Assembly: GCA_951406725.2 (NCBI GenBank)
Contig: OX597839.1
Coordinates: 22,878,001 to 22,942,000 of the forward strand
DNA from: Octopus vulgaris
Taxonomy: Eukaryota
Length of the DNA stretch: 64,000 nucleotides
Direction: 5' to 3'
Position numbers and translations under genes: made by a program. This document shows, piece after piece, positions 36,816-49,585 of the stretch (its first letter is position 1; every line of letters begins with the position of its first letter). Under the pieces are notes generated by a model. That model was not told the origin of the DNA and did no database searches. It saw only the letters and a program-made list of their open reading frames with translations.

Positions 36816-37830
36816 ATGGTGGTGGTGGTGGTGGTGGTGGTAGTACTAGTGGTTGTGGTGGTGGTGGTGGAGGTGGTGTTGATGGTCTAGTGGTCGTGGT
36901 GGTGGTGGAGGTGGTAGTAGTAGTGGTGGTGGTGGTGGAGGTGGTAGTAGTAGTAGTGGTGGTGGTGGAGGTGGTGTTGATGGTACTAGTGGTCGTGGTG
37001 GTGGTGGAGGTGGTAGTAGTAGTGGTGGTGGTGGTGGTGGTGGTACTGGTACTAGTGGTGGAGGTGGTAGTAGTAGTGGTGGAGGTGGTGTTGATGGTAC
37101 TAGTGGTCGTGGCGGTGGTGGAGGTGGTAGTAGTAGTGGTGGTCGTGGTGGTGATGGTACTAGTGGTCGTGGTGGAGGTGGTAGTAGTAGTGGTGGTCGT
37201 GGTGGTGATGGTACTGGTGGTCGTGGTGGTGATGGTACTAGTGGTCGTGGTGGTGGTGGTGGAGGTGGTGTTGATGGTACTAGTGGTCGTGGTGGTGGTG
37301 GAGGTGGTAGTAGTAGTGGTGGTGGTGGTGGTGATGGTACTAGTGGTCGTGGTGGAGGTGGTAGTAGTAGTGGTGGTCGTGGTGGTGATGGTACTGGTGG
37401 TCGTGGTAGTGATGGTACTAGTGGTCGTGGTGGTGGTGGAGGTAGTAGTAGTGGTGGAGGTGGTGTTGATGGTACTAGTGGTCGTGGTGGTGGTGGAGGT
37501 GGTAGTAGTAGTGGTGGTGTTGATGGTACTAGTGGTGGTGGTGGTGGTGGTGGAGGTGGTAGTAGTGGTGGTGGTGGTGGTACTAGTGTTGGTGGTGAAG
37601 GTAGTGATGGTAGTAGTGGTAGTGATGGTGGCATTGGTGGTGGAGGTGGTGTTGATGGTACTAGTGGTCGTGGCGGTGGTGGAGGTGGTAGTAGTAGTGG
37701 TGGTGATGGTGGCAGTGGTGGTGGAGGTGGTGTTGATGGTACTAGTGGTGGTGTTGGTGGAGGTGGTGGTGGTGATGGTGGCAGTAGTTGTAGCAGTAGT
37801 AATGGTGGTAGTGGTGGTGGTGTTGGTGTC
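36816..37830. repeat. (GTG)n-derived minisatellite
   Basis: Recurrent GAGGTGGTGTTGATGGTACTAGTGGTCGTG unit. Confidence 0.93.
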
Positions 37831-38733
37831 CACAATGCAAAAGTTATTGATGCTAGTGGTATGATGGTACCAGTAATGGTTAAGCTGAGGTGAAGCAGTA
37901 GTGATGCTTACATAATATAAAGCTTGCTGTTGCTGTTGTTGTTGGGGCAATGGTAGTGGTGATGGTGGTGACGATGGTGGCGGTGGTGGTAGTAGTAAAT
38001 TCAAAGTAAGCATAATTAGAGTTTGCCACCGAAAAATGGGCAAATGATGATGCATGTGGTGGGGTTCACACATATATTGAGCTATTTATCTATCAATATA
38101 TATATATACACACTTAAACACAAGCACACACACACATGTACATAGCAGTTCAGCAAACAACGACTGATTGAATAAGTACCAGACTTTACAAAAAACAAAA
38201 AAAAAAAAAAGTACCGAGGTTGATTTGTTCAATTCAATCCTCAAAATCACTGCCCCAGCATGACCACAGTCTAAGGAATGAAACAAGGAAAAGACATACA
38301 CACACACTACCACAAAACTACCACTACCACCACCACCACCACCATTGCCACCACACTACTATTACATGAATCAAGCCTTAATTCCTCTCCCCGTCCATGG
38401 CTTCGCAGCATGCACCCCACCCCACCACCAACATCTTGACACTCTCATCTCTCCTTCTTTTCCTCCTGTACTACCTCAACACTTGTTGTCCCCTTGTTTG
38501 GTCCCCCCCCATCATACTGCCCTTATCATTTTATCTCAAACCCCTTCTCTCACAGTCCCTACCATTTTTATCTAACCCCCATCCTTTGCCCGTAACAAGG
38601 GACAGAAGTATAAAACAGCCCTACATGCTCCACCCTATAACTCCCACTCTTTCTTTCCCAACCCCACCATCACACCCTCACAACAATAACTCTACTCTTC
38701 TCAGCATACTTTACCACCATCCCCCTCCTCTCC

Positions 38734-38784
<51 letters not shown>

Positions 38785-38809
38785 GTCTTTTTTCGGTGTG
38801 GTCATTCTT

Positions 38810-39277
38810 TGGTGCTGCCAATTACAAGGCAACCTCACAAAGGCTGGTGCCACAAGCTAAAAGTAAAGGTTACTTTCTTGACTCATGCCGATTCATAAGG
38901 TCCAGGTTCTTGGTTTCCATGGCATATAAATCCCCACCCCCACCCGGATGCAACACTAGTCCCTTGCAGGATTACTCATTTTTTCACCAGCTGAGTGGAC
39001 TGGAGCAACGTGAAATGAAGTGTCTTGCTCAAGAAAACAATGCATCACCCAGTCCAGGAATTGAAACCACAATCTTACGGTTGTGAATCCAACACCCCTA
39101 ACCATTAAGCCATGTACCTCCACTGGTGGTACCCATTTTTGTCAGCTGAGTGGACTGGGGCAACGTGAAATGAAGTGTTTTGTTCAAGAACACAACAGAC
39201 CATCTGGTTCAGGGACTGAAACCACAATCTTACGGTCGTGAATCCAACACCCCTAACCATTAAGCCACGTGCCTCCC
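38810..39277 (-). mobile_element. Two adjacent V-like tRNA SINE copies
   Basis: CAGCTGAGTGGACTGG..CAACGTGAAATGAAGTGT..TG.TCAAGAA occurs twice, each with a tRNA head. Confidence 0.75.
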
Positions 39278-39442
39278 CAGGCTAAAACTCATTTTTGCCA
39301 CAATCTTAACAAATCTACTCACAAGGCTTTGGTCGGCCTGGGGCTATAGTAGAAGACACTTGCCCAAGGTGCCATGCAGTGGGACTGAACCCGGAACCAT
39401 GTGGTTGGTAAAGAAGCTACTTACCACACAGCCACTCCTGCG

Positions 39443-39487
<45 letters not shown>

Positions 39488-39897
39488 ACATACATACATA
39501 CATATAGTTATTCTACCAAATATATACGTTTTATTTATTATTTTGCACATTACTTAATCATCGTTATATGTTTTATCTTATATTTAATCTTTCTATAAGA
39601 TGTAATTTTTCTAAATGGTATAATTTAATTTTTCATTATTGAATTGATAAAAGTGTTTTTTTTCTAATTTATATATATATACATACACATATGTGCACGC
39701 ACATGCGAAGTGAAGAAATATTATAAGAATGTATGTATGCAAACATCAGTTCCATTGAAAGACAACAAAGCAGACGTAGTTGTCTGCAGCTGAGATGGAA
39801 TATGTCTGCTCTGTTGTGGAAGGGAATCATCCAGCAGACTTGAAGAAACCTTCTAAAGTAAACAGAAGGGAAAACACCAATGTCAACACACGAAAAA

Positions 39898-39954
<57 letters not shown>

Positions 39955-40249
39955 ACATTGTTCCCCCCCCCGCAAACTTATCTAACATGAAACAACATCA
40001 ATGTGGTAACAAACATATATCTTTCAACACACACACACACACACATATATATACGTGTGTGTGTGTGTGTGTGTGTGATGGGAGTCAGGTCAATTAATGA
40101 GTTTAACCACTGCTCGTTAATGAGCTGCTTGTATAAAATCGATTTGTTTTGGCCCAGTTAATGAATTGCTGCTTTCACCACAATTATATTACATAAATGC
40201 TTCTCATTTACATGCAATGCACATATGTATATACACATGTATATACACA

Positions 40250-40562
40250 CATCATCATCATCATCATCATCATTTAGCGTCCGCTTTCCATGCTAGCATG
40301 GGTTGGATGGTTCAACTGGGGTCTGTGAAGCTGGAAGGCTTCGTCAGGCCTAGTCAGATCTGGCAGTGTTTCTACGGCTGGATGCCCTTCCTAACACCAA
40401 CCACTCCGTGAGTGTAGTGGGTGCTTTTTACATGCCACCCGCACAGGTGCCAGACAGAGCTGGCAAACGGCCACGAACGGATGGTGCTTTTACGTGTCAC
40501 CGGCACGGGGGCCAGGCGATGCTGGCAACGGACACGAACGGATGGTGCTTTTACGTGCCACT
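40250..40562 (-). mobile_element. RTE 3' UTR with (CAT)n
   Basis: Near-identical inverted partner of 41490-41830. Confidence 0.85.
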
Positions 40563-40582
40563 GATACACATATCTTTATATA

Positions 40583-40805
40583 TGAAAGGGTGCTGAAAAG
40601 TTTCTGACTTTAAAGGTATCACAAAAGGCCTGGTTGAAGACCCAACCTTCCATGTTCTTTCACAGGGCTTAGAAAAGTTGAAGGACTGCTGCAATAAGTG
40701 TGAGAATCTGAGCGGAGGGGAATATGTTGAATAAAAACATAATTAACTGATCTTCATCCTGTATCTACTTTTACCCAAAGCCTAGAACTTTTCAACCCCA
40801 TCTCA
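40583..40805 (+). mobile_element. Mariner-derived MITE
   Basis: TA-flanked degenerate TIRs (GCTGAAAAGTTTCTGACTTT / AAAGCCTAGAACTTTTCAAC) and transposase tail GLEKLKDCCNKCENLSGGEYVE*. Confidence 0.8.
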
Positions 40806-41489
40806 TATATTTACATACAAAACACACACACATACTACATAATTGATATATATGTGCTCTTGTGTGTGTGTGTATATAAATATGATGGGCACCTCTTACA
40901 GAAGGTGTTCTGAGAGCTTACCACACGAGCACACATACCTTCATTCAATCACAGAATTTTTCATTGAGAGAGTTTTTAACAGCAGGGATTAAGTGAACCA
41001 GGAGAAAAGGGTCAGTGACATCAATGGTTGAGGGACCCTACCAGAAGAGGAGTGAAGGAGGTCACATGGATGAAAGTAGGACCAGCATGGGCCTCTTCAC
41101 CTCAGGGTGGTTGTGAAAGACAGGTGCATGTGGACATATGAGTTAGAGATGGAATTTGCCGTTAGGTTCTGACAATAAGTTAGGTGGGTAATGCACTTTT
41201 CGAATGTAATCCCTGTAGGACAGTCGACACAGCAAGGAAACCTGAGAGGCAAGTGAATTGCACTTTGCTCCTTATGCGACATTCCCTTTCCTATGGTGAT
41301 GGCCATGGTAGATAACGCATAAAAGAGATGCTGAGGCCTGAAGCATTTTAACCCTTCAACATTCAAATTATTCTGTCGAATGTAAAGCTTACTCATTCAC
41401 ATTGTTTTCTATCAGTCATGAATTATCTCAGAGCTTTGAGATTTCAGATCTGGCCAGCATAACACAGGTAGAGTATTTAATATATGTGT

Positions 41490-41830
41490 CAGCTCTGTCT
41501 GGCCCCCGTGTCGGTGGAACGTAAAAGCACCATCCGTTCGTGTCCGTTGCCAGCCTTGCCTGGCCCCCGTGCCGGTGACACGTAAAAGCACCATCCGTTC
41601 GTGGCCGTTTGCCAGCTCTGTCTGGCACCTGTGCGGGTGGCATGTAAAAAGCACCCACTACACTCACGGAGTGGTTGGCGTTAGGAAGGGCATCCAGCCG
41701 TAGAAACACTGCCAGATCTGACTGGGCCTGATGAAGCCTTCCAGTTTCACAGACCCCAGTTGAACCGTCCAACCCATGCTAGCATGGAGAACGGACGCTA
41801 AACGATGATGATGATGATGATGATGATGAT
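41490..41830 (+). mobile_element. RTE 3' UTR with (GAT)n
   Basis: Internal repeats CACGTAAAAGCACCATCCGTTCGTG and terminal palindrome. Confidence 0.85.
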
Positions 41831-41853
41831 TACTGATGTGGGTGTCATTAACG

Positions 41854-42170
41854 TTAACCCTTTAGCATTCAGATTTATTCTGTCGAATTTAATGCTTGTC
41901 TATTCTCATTATTTTGTGTTATAGCATTGTTATTTCAATAAGGTTTAGTTTTGGAATGACATTGCAGGGTAGGTACAAGAGGCCAGATCTGGTCAGTTTG
42001 AACATAAAACAGAAAGAATATTTGGGCCGGATATGGCAGATTTAAGCCTTTAGCATTCAGATTGCTCTGTCAAATCAACGTTTATTTATTCCCCTTGTTT
42101 TGAATTAATCATGGATTACCTCACAGCCTTGAAACCTCAATGATGTGATTGTTTGTTTTTAGAATGTTGC
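41854..42170. mobile_element. piggyBac-like MITE fragments
   Basis: TTAACCCTTTAGCATTCAGAT starts, also at ~41348 and ~42042. Confidence 0.55.
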
Positions 42171-42551
42171 TCCTTCCATTCTCTATCTCTAATATATACC
42201 CCAGCTATTTACTACCCTTGCTGTCTGTCTGCCTGACATGGCACTTGTAGGTCAAACTTCACAGCCACTCTATTTATTTCTCTCAAATAAACTATTTACA
42301 CTCTACACACGCGTTGAGTTCCTTTTCAGAAAGTGCTACATGTTTATAATTACATGTGTGTGTGTTTGTGGAGGGAGACACACACACACACACACACACA
42401 CAACCACACATACAAAGACAGGCAGACAGATAGATATGCGCCAGCCAGCTCCATAATTGTAACTCCATTTAGTTATTTATGTCGCAAACAAACCAACAAG
42501 GGACATACTCCTCCGATGTATTTCATTTGTGTGGAAGTCTCAGGACACTTG

Positions 42552-42598
<47 letters not shown>

Positions 42599-42674
42599 CA
42601 GAATTAAAACCACGATTACAAACAAACACGTTTAATTCTCTAACCAACCATTATTGCTCCACAATGAATTCCCA

Positions 42675-42879
42675 CGTAAATTTCTTTTGAAAGAAGGGCT
42701 TTTATTTATTTATTTATTTATTTTCCTGGAAATAAATAATGACGGGGACAAAAATGAAAGACAAACTATGACAAAAAGGAGACTGAAAGAGAAAACAAAA
42801 AGACGGACCAAAATCTGGGGCCATCAACGTCTTGCGAAGCATTTGTCTTCATTTTCGGTCTTGTTTCAAAGGGTTTATA
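42675..42879 (+). repeat. Direct duplication, copy 1 (205 bp)
   Basis: Matches 43069-43269 with 6 substitutions and one TTTA indel. Confidence 0.95.
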
Positions 42880-43070
42880 TGCTTGTCTCAAAGCTTAAGC
42901 CATGCAAGTGTAAGTTCATGCCGTAAACGAATGGTGAAACCGCGAATGGCTCAGGAACCGGACCTAATCCTCGAGACCGTATTCTTCCACCGCGAGGAGA
43001 GTGGATAACTGTGGCAATTCTAGAGCTAATACATGCAACCGAAGCCACGATCGCAGGTCGCACCCGGGCG
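42877..43070 (+). rRNA. 18S rRNA 5' fragment (dispersed pseudogene, about 190 bp)
   Basis: Contains near-universal SSU motifs ATATGCTTGTCTCAAAG.TTAAGCCATGCA, GGTGAAACCGCGAATGGCTCA and TGGATAACTGTGGCAATTCTAGAGCTAATACATGC. Confidence 0.93.
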
Positions 43071-43269
43071 TAAATTTCTTTTGAAAGAAGGGCTTTTATT
43101 TATTTATTTATTTTCCTGGAAATAAATAATGACGGGGACAAAAATAAAAGACAAACTATGACAAAAAGGAGACTGAAAGAGAAAACAATAAGACAGACCA
43201 AAATCTGGTGCCATCAATGTCTTGCGAAGCATTTGTCTTTATTTTCGGTCTTGTTTCAAAGGGTTTATA
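43069..43269 (+). repeat. Direct duplication, copy 2 (201 bp)
   Basis: See copy 1. Confidence 0.95.
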
Positions 43270-43489
43270 GGAGTTAAGCAGAAAAGAGATAACAGGATAA
43301 TAGTAGCAATAAAAACAACCCAAAATGTGGTATTATAGAAATATGGGGGAGAATGGGTGACTTTGGTGTTATTCAAGGATCTCAGGATATTCACCGCAAA
43401 ACGTTTTATTGCTTTCGCAAAAGACAGCGGAATGGAAATGGTATTCATTTTACAACTGGGATAAAAAGGCATTCTGTTTATGGTGTTAA

Positions 43490-43935
43490 TGTATATATGT
43501 GTGTATGTATGTATGTATGTGTGTATGTATGGTGTGTGTGTGTGTATGTATTATGTGAATGTATGTATGTGTGTGTGTATGTATGTGTGTGTATGTGCAT
43601 ATGTGTGTGTGTATGTATGAGTGTATATGTATGCATGTGTGTGTATATATGTGTGTGTATGTATGCATGTGTGTGTATATGTGTGTGTATGTATGCATGT
43701 GTGTGTATATATGTGTGTGTTTGTATATATGTGTGTATATGTATGTATGCATGCGTGTATGTGTGATTATATGTTTGTGCGTGTGTATGTATGCGTGTGT
43801 ATGTATGCGTATGTATGCATGTAAGTGTGTGTGTGTGTGTGTATCTGCATGTGTATGTACGACTATGTATACACACATATTCAAGTGTATATATGTGAAC
43901 ATAAGTGTGTGTGTGTGTGTGTGTGAGTGTGTGTG
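43490..43935. repeat. (TG)n/(TATG)n compound microsatellite
   Basis: Direct observation. Confidence 0.95.
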
Positions 43936-44508
43936 ACTGGCGCTTCATCAGTTATGATGACAATTGCTCCAGCTGACCAACGGAGCAGCCTTCCCATGAA
44001 ATTAACATGCAAGTGGTTGAGTACTCCACAGACCAATGTAGTCCTCAAGGAGATTCAGTGAGACACAGAATATAACAAGGCTGGCCCCTTTTCAATTACT
44101 GGTACTTCTCATTTTAGCCAGTGGAGTGGAGTGGAGCAATGTAGGAATTGACTAATTGTTAAGCCATGCACCTTCACGTGCATGTATGAGAGTATATGTG
44201 CTTATGTATATGTGTGTGTGTGTGTGTATACGTGTGTGTGTGTGCTTGTCTTGGTTTATATTATGAGGAATGTTTAACCATGAGCCATTATTGAATGTAG
44301 CTAAACATGCAGCCCCAGGCAACATGAGAGACAAATGGATGGAACAGTATAAAAGAAACCCAGGAATGTCTGCGCGTGTGTGTGTGTGCCTTTTTAATTA
44401 TGTTAATCATTTCAGCTAATTAACCCCTAATAAACTACAGTATGACATTGCTACAATATAACTGAGGGCATTGACTCTAAATGAGCACTAATATAGGCTA
44501 TATATATA

Positions 44509-44567
<59 letters not shown>

Positions 44568-44568
44568 A

Positions 44569-44704
44569 TACTTATTAATAAGGGTTCAGCAAAGATTAAG
44601 AGTCCCTTTTTAAAGTAGAAGAAATAGCTAAGATTTTTTGGCTGCTATTTCTAAACTTTGGTATGCGGTAATGCAAATCTTTGCTGAACCCTAATTATTA
44701 AGTA
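44569..44704. repeat. Inverted repeat with 29-bp arms
   Basis: TACTTATTAATAAGGGTTCAGCAAAGATT ... AATCTTTGCTGAACCCTAATTATTAAGTA. Confidence 0.85.
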
Positions 44705-44867
44705 TTACTTAAGTTTACCGTGAAATGTTCCTTTTTTCATGCCGAATTCTACTTGGTGAAATTATTGATTACTTCTTAATTAATTAATTTTACCCTTTGT
44801 TATTATTGATATGTATATATATATATGTGTGTGTGTGTGTATGTATATATATATGTATGTATGTATG

Positions 44868-44937
<70 letters not shown>

Positions 44938-45829
44938 GGAACTGAGGTGGATGGGTGGGTGGGTTCTTTGACCCTCTTGCAGACAACCTGTTTAGGGGTC
45001 AATGCTCTGAGGAAATGGTAAGTAATGAGGCTGCAATAAAAACTATGATAAACAAACAAGCAAGGAAGAGAAGTTCTCCCCAACACAGGTAACCCATCCA
45101 GGTAAATTGTAATTTTGAATAAGGCCTGGTATACAGGTGCAAGGATAGTAATTTTGGCACAGTCATATTTATACGGTTCAAGTGTTCGGTTTGGTACCAT
45201 GGGATCTTAGTTTCAGTCCCTGTATGGGGGCACCTTGGGTGGGCAAATGTCTTCTTTTGTTCCCATGCATTGGAAATCCTTTGTGAGTGGAAATAGGTAG
45301 ATGGTAACTGTCTGGAAGCCCAGTGAGCATCATCATCATCACCATCACCATCATCGTTATCATCATTATAATCCATCATTATCATCATCTTCATCCATTA
45401 TCATCACCACCACCATCATCATCGTTATCAACATCACCACCGCCGCCACCACCACTACCAATACCATTGTGATCATCATCATCATTTAATGTCTGTCTCC
45501 CATGCTGGCATGGATTCCTCTCATGCCAATCCATCCACTTGTCTCTCATGGGTTGGACGGTCTGACAGGAGCCAGCTTGCCAGAGATCTACACCAGCCTC
45601 CAACTGTCTGCTTTGGCAGGGTGGCCACAGCTGGACACCAACCACTTTACAGAGTGTAGTGGCCTCTTTTTACATGGCACCAACAGCAGCAGGATTGCCA
45701 AACGGCTTCCAAGACAGAAACCTCTTGGGTGAGAAGGTGAGTGGAACCGAGGAGGGTGGAGCACAAAAGATGGCTGGAGACAGGTGTTTTAACAGAGAAG
45801 ACATACCTGGTGGCCTCATTATGAAAAGA

Positions 45830-45885
<56 letters not shown>

Positions 45886-45889
<4 letters not shown>

Positions 45890-46100
45890 CTTTTATTTGT
45901 TTCAGTCATTTGACTGTCGTCATGCTGGAGCACCACCTTTAGTGAAACAAATCGACCTCAGGGCTTATTCTTTGTAAGCCTAGTACTTATTCCATCAGCT
46001 GCTTTTGCCGAACCGCTAAGTTACAGGGATGTAGATACGCCAACATCGGTTGTCAAGCAATGGTGGGGGAACAAACACACACACACACACACACACACAT

Positions 46101-46131
<31 letters not shown>

Positions 46132-46296
46132 CGACAGGCTTCTTTTCAGTTTCCGTGTAACAAATCCACTCACGAGGCTTTGGTAGGCCTGAGACTATAG
46201 TAGAAGACACTTTCCCAAGGTGCCGTGCAGTGGGACTGAACCTGAAACCATGTGGTTAGTAAGCAAGCTACTTACCACACAGCCTCTCCTGCACCT
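45886..46296 (-). mobile_element. SINE family A
   Basis: Full-length copy. Confidence 0.9.
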
Positions 46297-46616
46297 ATAA
46301 AGTGGGGGAAAGAGAAATAGATAATGTCAGAGACGTGTGTGTGTGTGTGTTTGCTTTCTGCTTCTGCTTGTGTGTATGCAGCCTTGTATGTATGCGTGTG
46401 CATGAATGTTGCCATTCCTTTGCATGTATGACATCATCTGAACACAAAAACGATGTTGTGATATCTACACTCCCGTTGAACATTTCATGCAACAAGTTCT
46501 GCCTTCTTGAAGTCATGGAACAAAAAACTCTCTTAGTTTTCAGACAGGAAAGGATTGGCGAGAGGAAGAACATTTGGGTTTTAAAAAAATAAATAAATCC
46601 TCATCTAACCTATACC

Positions 46617-46935
46617 AGTGGTTAGAGCATCAGGCTCACAATCATGGGGTAGTGAGTTCAATTCCTGGACCAGGCTGTGTGTTGTGTTCTTGAGTCAGAC
46701 ACTTTGTTTTCACGTTGCTCCAGTTCACTCAGCTGTGGAAATGAGTTGTGACGTCACTGATGCTAAGCTGTATCGGCCCCTTTGCCTTTCCCTTGGACAA
46801 CATAAGTGACATGGAGAGAGGAGGTTGGTATGCATGGGAGACTGCTGGTCTCCCATAAACAAAACCTTGACCAGACTTGTGCCTCGGAGGGGAACTTTCT
46901 AGGTGCAATCCCATGACCGAAGGGGGTCTTTCCCC
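46617..46935 (+). mobile_element. SINE family C
   Basis: AGTGGTTAGAGCATCAGGCTCACAATCATG...GAGTTCAATTCC tRNA head and body. Confidence 0.87.
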
Positions 46936-47019
46936 TTAGCCCTAACCTCTACCAGCATAGAAAAAACAAATATAAAACAAGTGAGCAAATAAAAAGTGGA
47001 CAAATATATACATTTTTTT

Positions 47020-47243
47020 TTTTTTTTACTACCCACAAGGAGCCAAACACAGAGGGGACAAACAAGGACAGACAAAGAGATTAAGTCGATTACATTGACC
47101 CCAGTGCGTAACTGGTACTTAATATATCGACCCCGAAAGGATGAAAGGCAAAGTCGACCTCGGCGGAACTTGAACTTGGAACGTAAGGACAGATTAAATA
47201 TGGCTACGCATTTCGCCCGGTGTGCTAACGTTTCTGCCAGCTC
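47020..47243 (-). mobile_element. SINE family B
   Basis: Matches 2265-2480. Confidence 0.87.
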
Positions 47244-48099
47244 GATACACAACAAGGGCAAAGGTTAAAGGGCAAAAGCAAGTGTCAGAGGCTGGGAACC
47301 CCATTCCAACAGAGACCAGCTTGAAAAACATACAAACCCCAAACGATAAGAGTGAGCAACACAATGCTTTCCCTCAGCACCAGAGCGAATAATGTTACTT
47401 TTATGATGTATATTTTCTTAAAACTATATTTTTACCAAAGTTAGGTAAAGAACATAGAATACAAGTCTTCAGTATATTTCCTTCATCCACCCCCTCAACC
47501 CTCGCCTCTCCTTCTCACTTACACACACACAAATGTGATATCTCCTACATATCTAACGATAAGAGAGAATAATATATACATTCTCTCCAATTTTAACATG
47601 TGTTTATTATTTCTAACAATTAATAGTGGTGCTCACTGAAGTGTACACCGAAAGATACACATCACATTTGAGAATTTCTTCCTTTTCTATCTTTTCATCC
47701 TTCTTTCCAAATATTACGTCTATCTTGTTTCCTAAAGATATTAAATTCTTCATCGGAGAATGCGTAAGAAAACTTAAAAGTGATTCATGTTTTATATTTT
47801 GATAATTCAAGACAAGATTTCAAGAAAGATAAGCATCTCCCAGAAGATATATTTCAATCTTGTCAAAACATCAATGCAGCGATGGCCAGGCGAAGATTAC
47901 CTTGCTTAACACATTGTTTGCGTTTGGCTTGTGAATACATTTCTGACAAGACATACAAATAAATTCTGCTGGCTTTTTCTGGATTTTAGATTCAAATTAA
48001 AACGACACAACCTACACACAGCAAGGCATTTATACACACACACACACACACATACGTATATATAGATATATATATTATATATATATACATATATATATC

Positions 48100-48130
<31 letters not shown>

Positions 48131-48954
48131 ATAAATGCATATTCATGTATGTATATGCATTTATATATAAGCACATATATAAATATATGTATGTGCATGT
48201 ATATGTGTGTGTATGCATGTGTGTATATAAAAATATAATGTATCTATGTATATGTATGTATATATATGTATATACACAGACACACACACATATACATATA
48301 TATATATACATATATATATGCATGTGTGTGTGAGTGTATATATATGTATCTATCTATATGTATGTATATGTCACTAAATATAATTGATATATGTAAGAAA
48401 ATATGGTGTTATCAGATATACTATTATTTTATTTTGAGTGTGTATGTATACACACACACACACACACGCACGCACACACACACACGCAAGCACGTGCATG
48501 AACACACACCACTTATGTATATGATTCCCAGAAGCAAAACAAAACAATTCTCATGAAATGAAGAATAAAAGGTTCCAGTGTGACCAAAAAGGAACCAAAA
48601 TATTTGCTTGACCCCAGCACCATGCCGTTTGCCAAACAAAGGATCCTCCACACAGCCAGAGTCAACAAAACTCTTCCTCTCCATTTCGCAAATAATGCAC
48701 AATACAACGTATAATGTGGAGGTGTGTAGGTGGCATGTGGCGGCACCCGTGATTGTTGCTGCCAGTGAAACATCAGAATTGCCAATTGTTAGAAGAACAA
48801 TAGTGATGGCAGGGGTGGAGGGGTAAAAAGGGGTTTGGTCACATGAGACAGCAATGTCACATGACATATTTAGGGTCATGTATGGACTAACAACATACTT
48901 CTGGTAAAAGAGGTAAAGAAGGACCAGAAATAAGGACCGGTAGAGTCACATGTG

Positions 48955-49510
48955 AAGGCACGTGGCTTAGTGGTTAGGGTGGTCAGCTCATGAACGTAAG
49001 GTGATGAGTTCAATTCCTGGCAGTGCATTGTATCCTTGAGCAAGACACTTTATTTCACTTTATTGCGCTGTACCTGTAATACGAAAGGGGCCAGCCTTGT
49101 CACGTTCTGTGTCATGCTGAATCTCCCTGAGAACTATGCATGTCTGAGGAGTACTCAGCCACTTGCATGTTAATTTCACAAACAGGATGTTCTGTTCGGT
49201 AGATAAACTGGAACCCTTGTCATTCATAACTGATAAAGTTCCAGGATATTCAGCTCACAATCATAATGTAGTGAGTTCAACTCCTTGAGCAAGACACTTC
49301 ATTTCACTTTATTGCTCCAGCTGGCAAAAATGAATTCTACCTGTTATACAATGGGGCCAGCTTTGCCATATTCTGTATGTCACACTGGATCTGTCTCAGA
49401 ACTAAAATGAGAATAATAATAATAATGAATTTATCGTATACAGTGCTCAGGTGCTTGTTAAGGATACCTGTGCCTGTGGAGTATTCAGCCACTTGCAAGT
49501 TAATTTCTGT
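48955..49510 (+). mobile_element. Two tandem SINE family D copies; the second carries a tiny CR1 tail insert (about 49410-49455)
   Basis: GGCACGTGGCTTAGTGGTTAGG head; CTTGAGCAAGACACTT and TCAGCCACTTGCA blocks each occur twice. Confidence 0.7.
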
Positions 49511-49585
49511 TGTAAAGTGGGTTCCTCCCACTGGTGTCATGTGTGACTGTTGTTGTACTGTAGTTGCTGTTTTATGCTAGTAGCC

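Noticed and set aside
39835-39890. TTGAAGA-CCTTCT/AGAAGG-GAAAAC...GTC hammerhead-like motif
   Set aside because: Stem II is present but there is no stem I pairing and the core is altered; too weak to call.
42877-43070. Functional rDNA unit
   Set aside because: Only about 190 nt of the 18S 5' region, with no remaining 18S, ITS, 5.8S or 28S.
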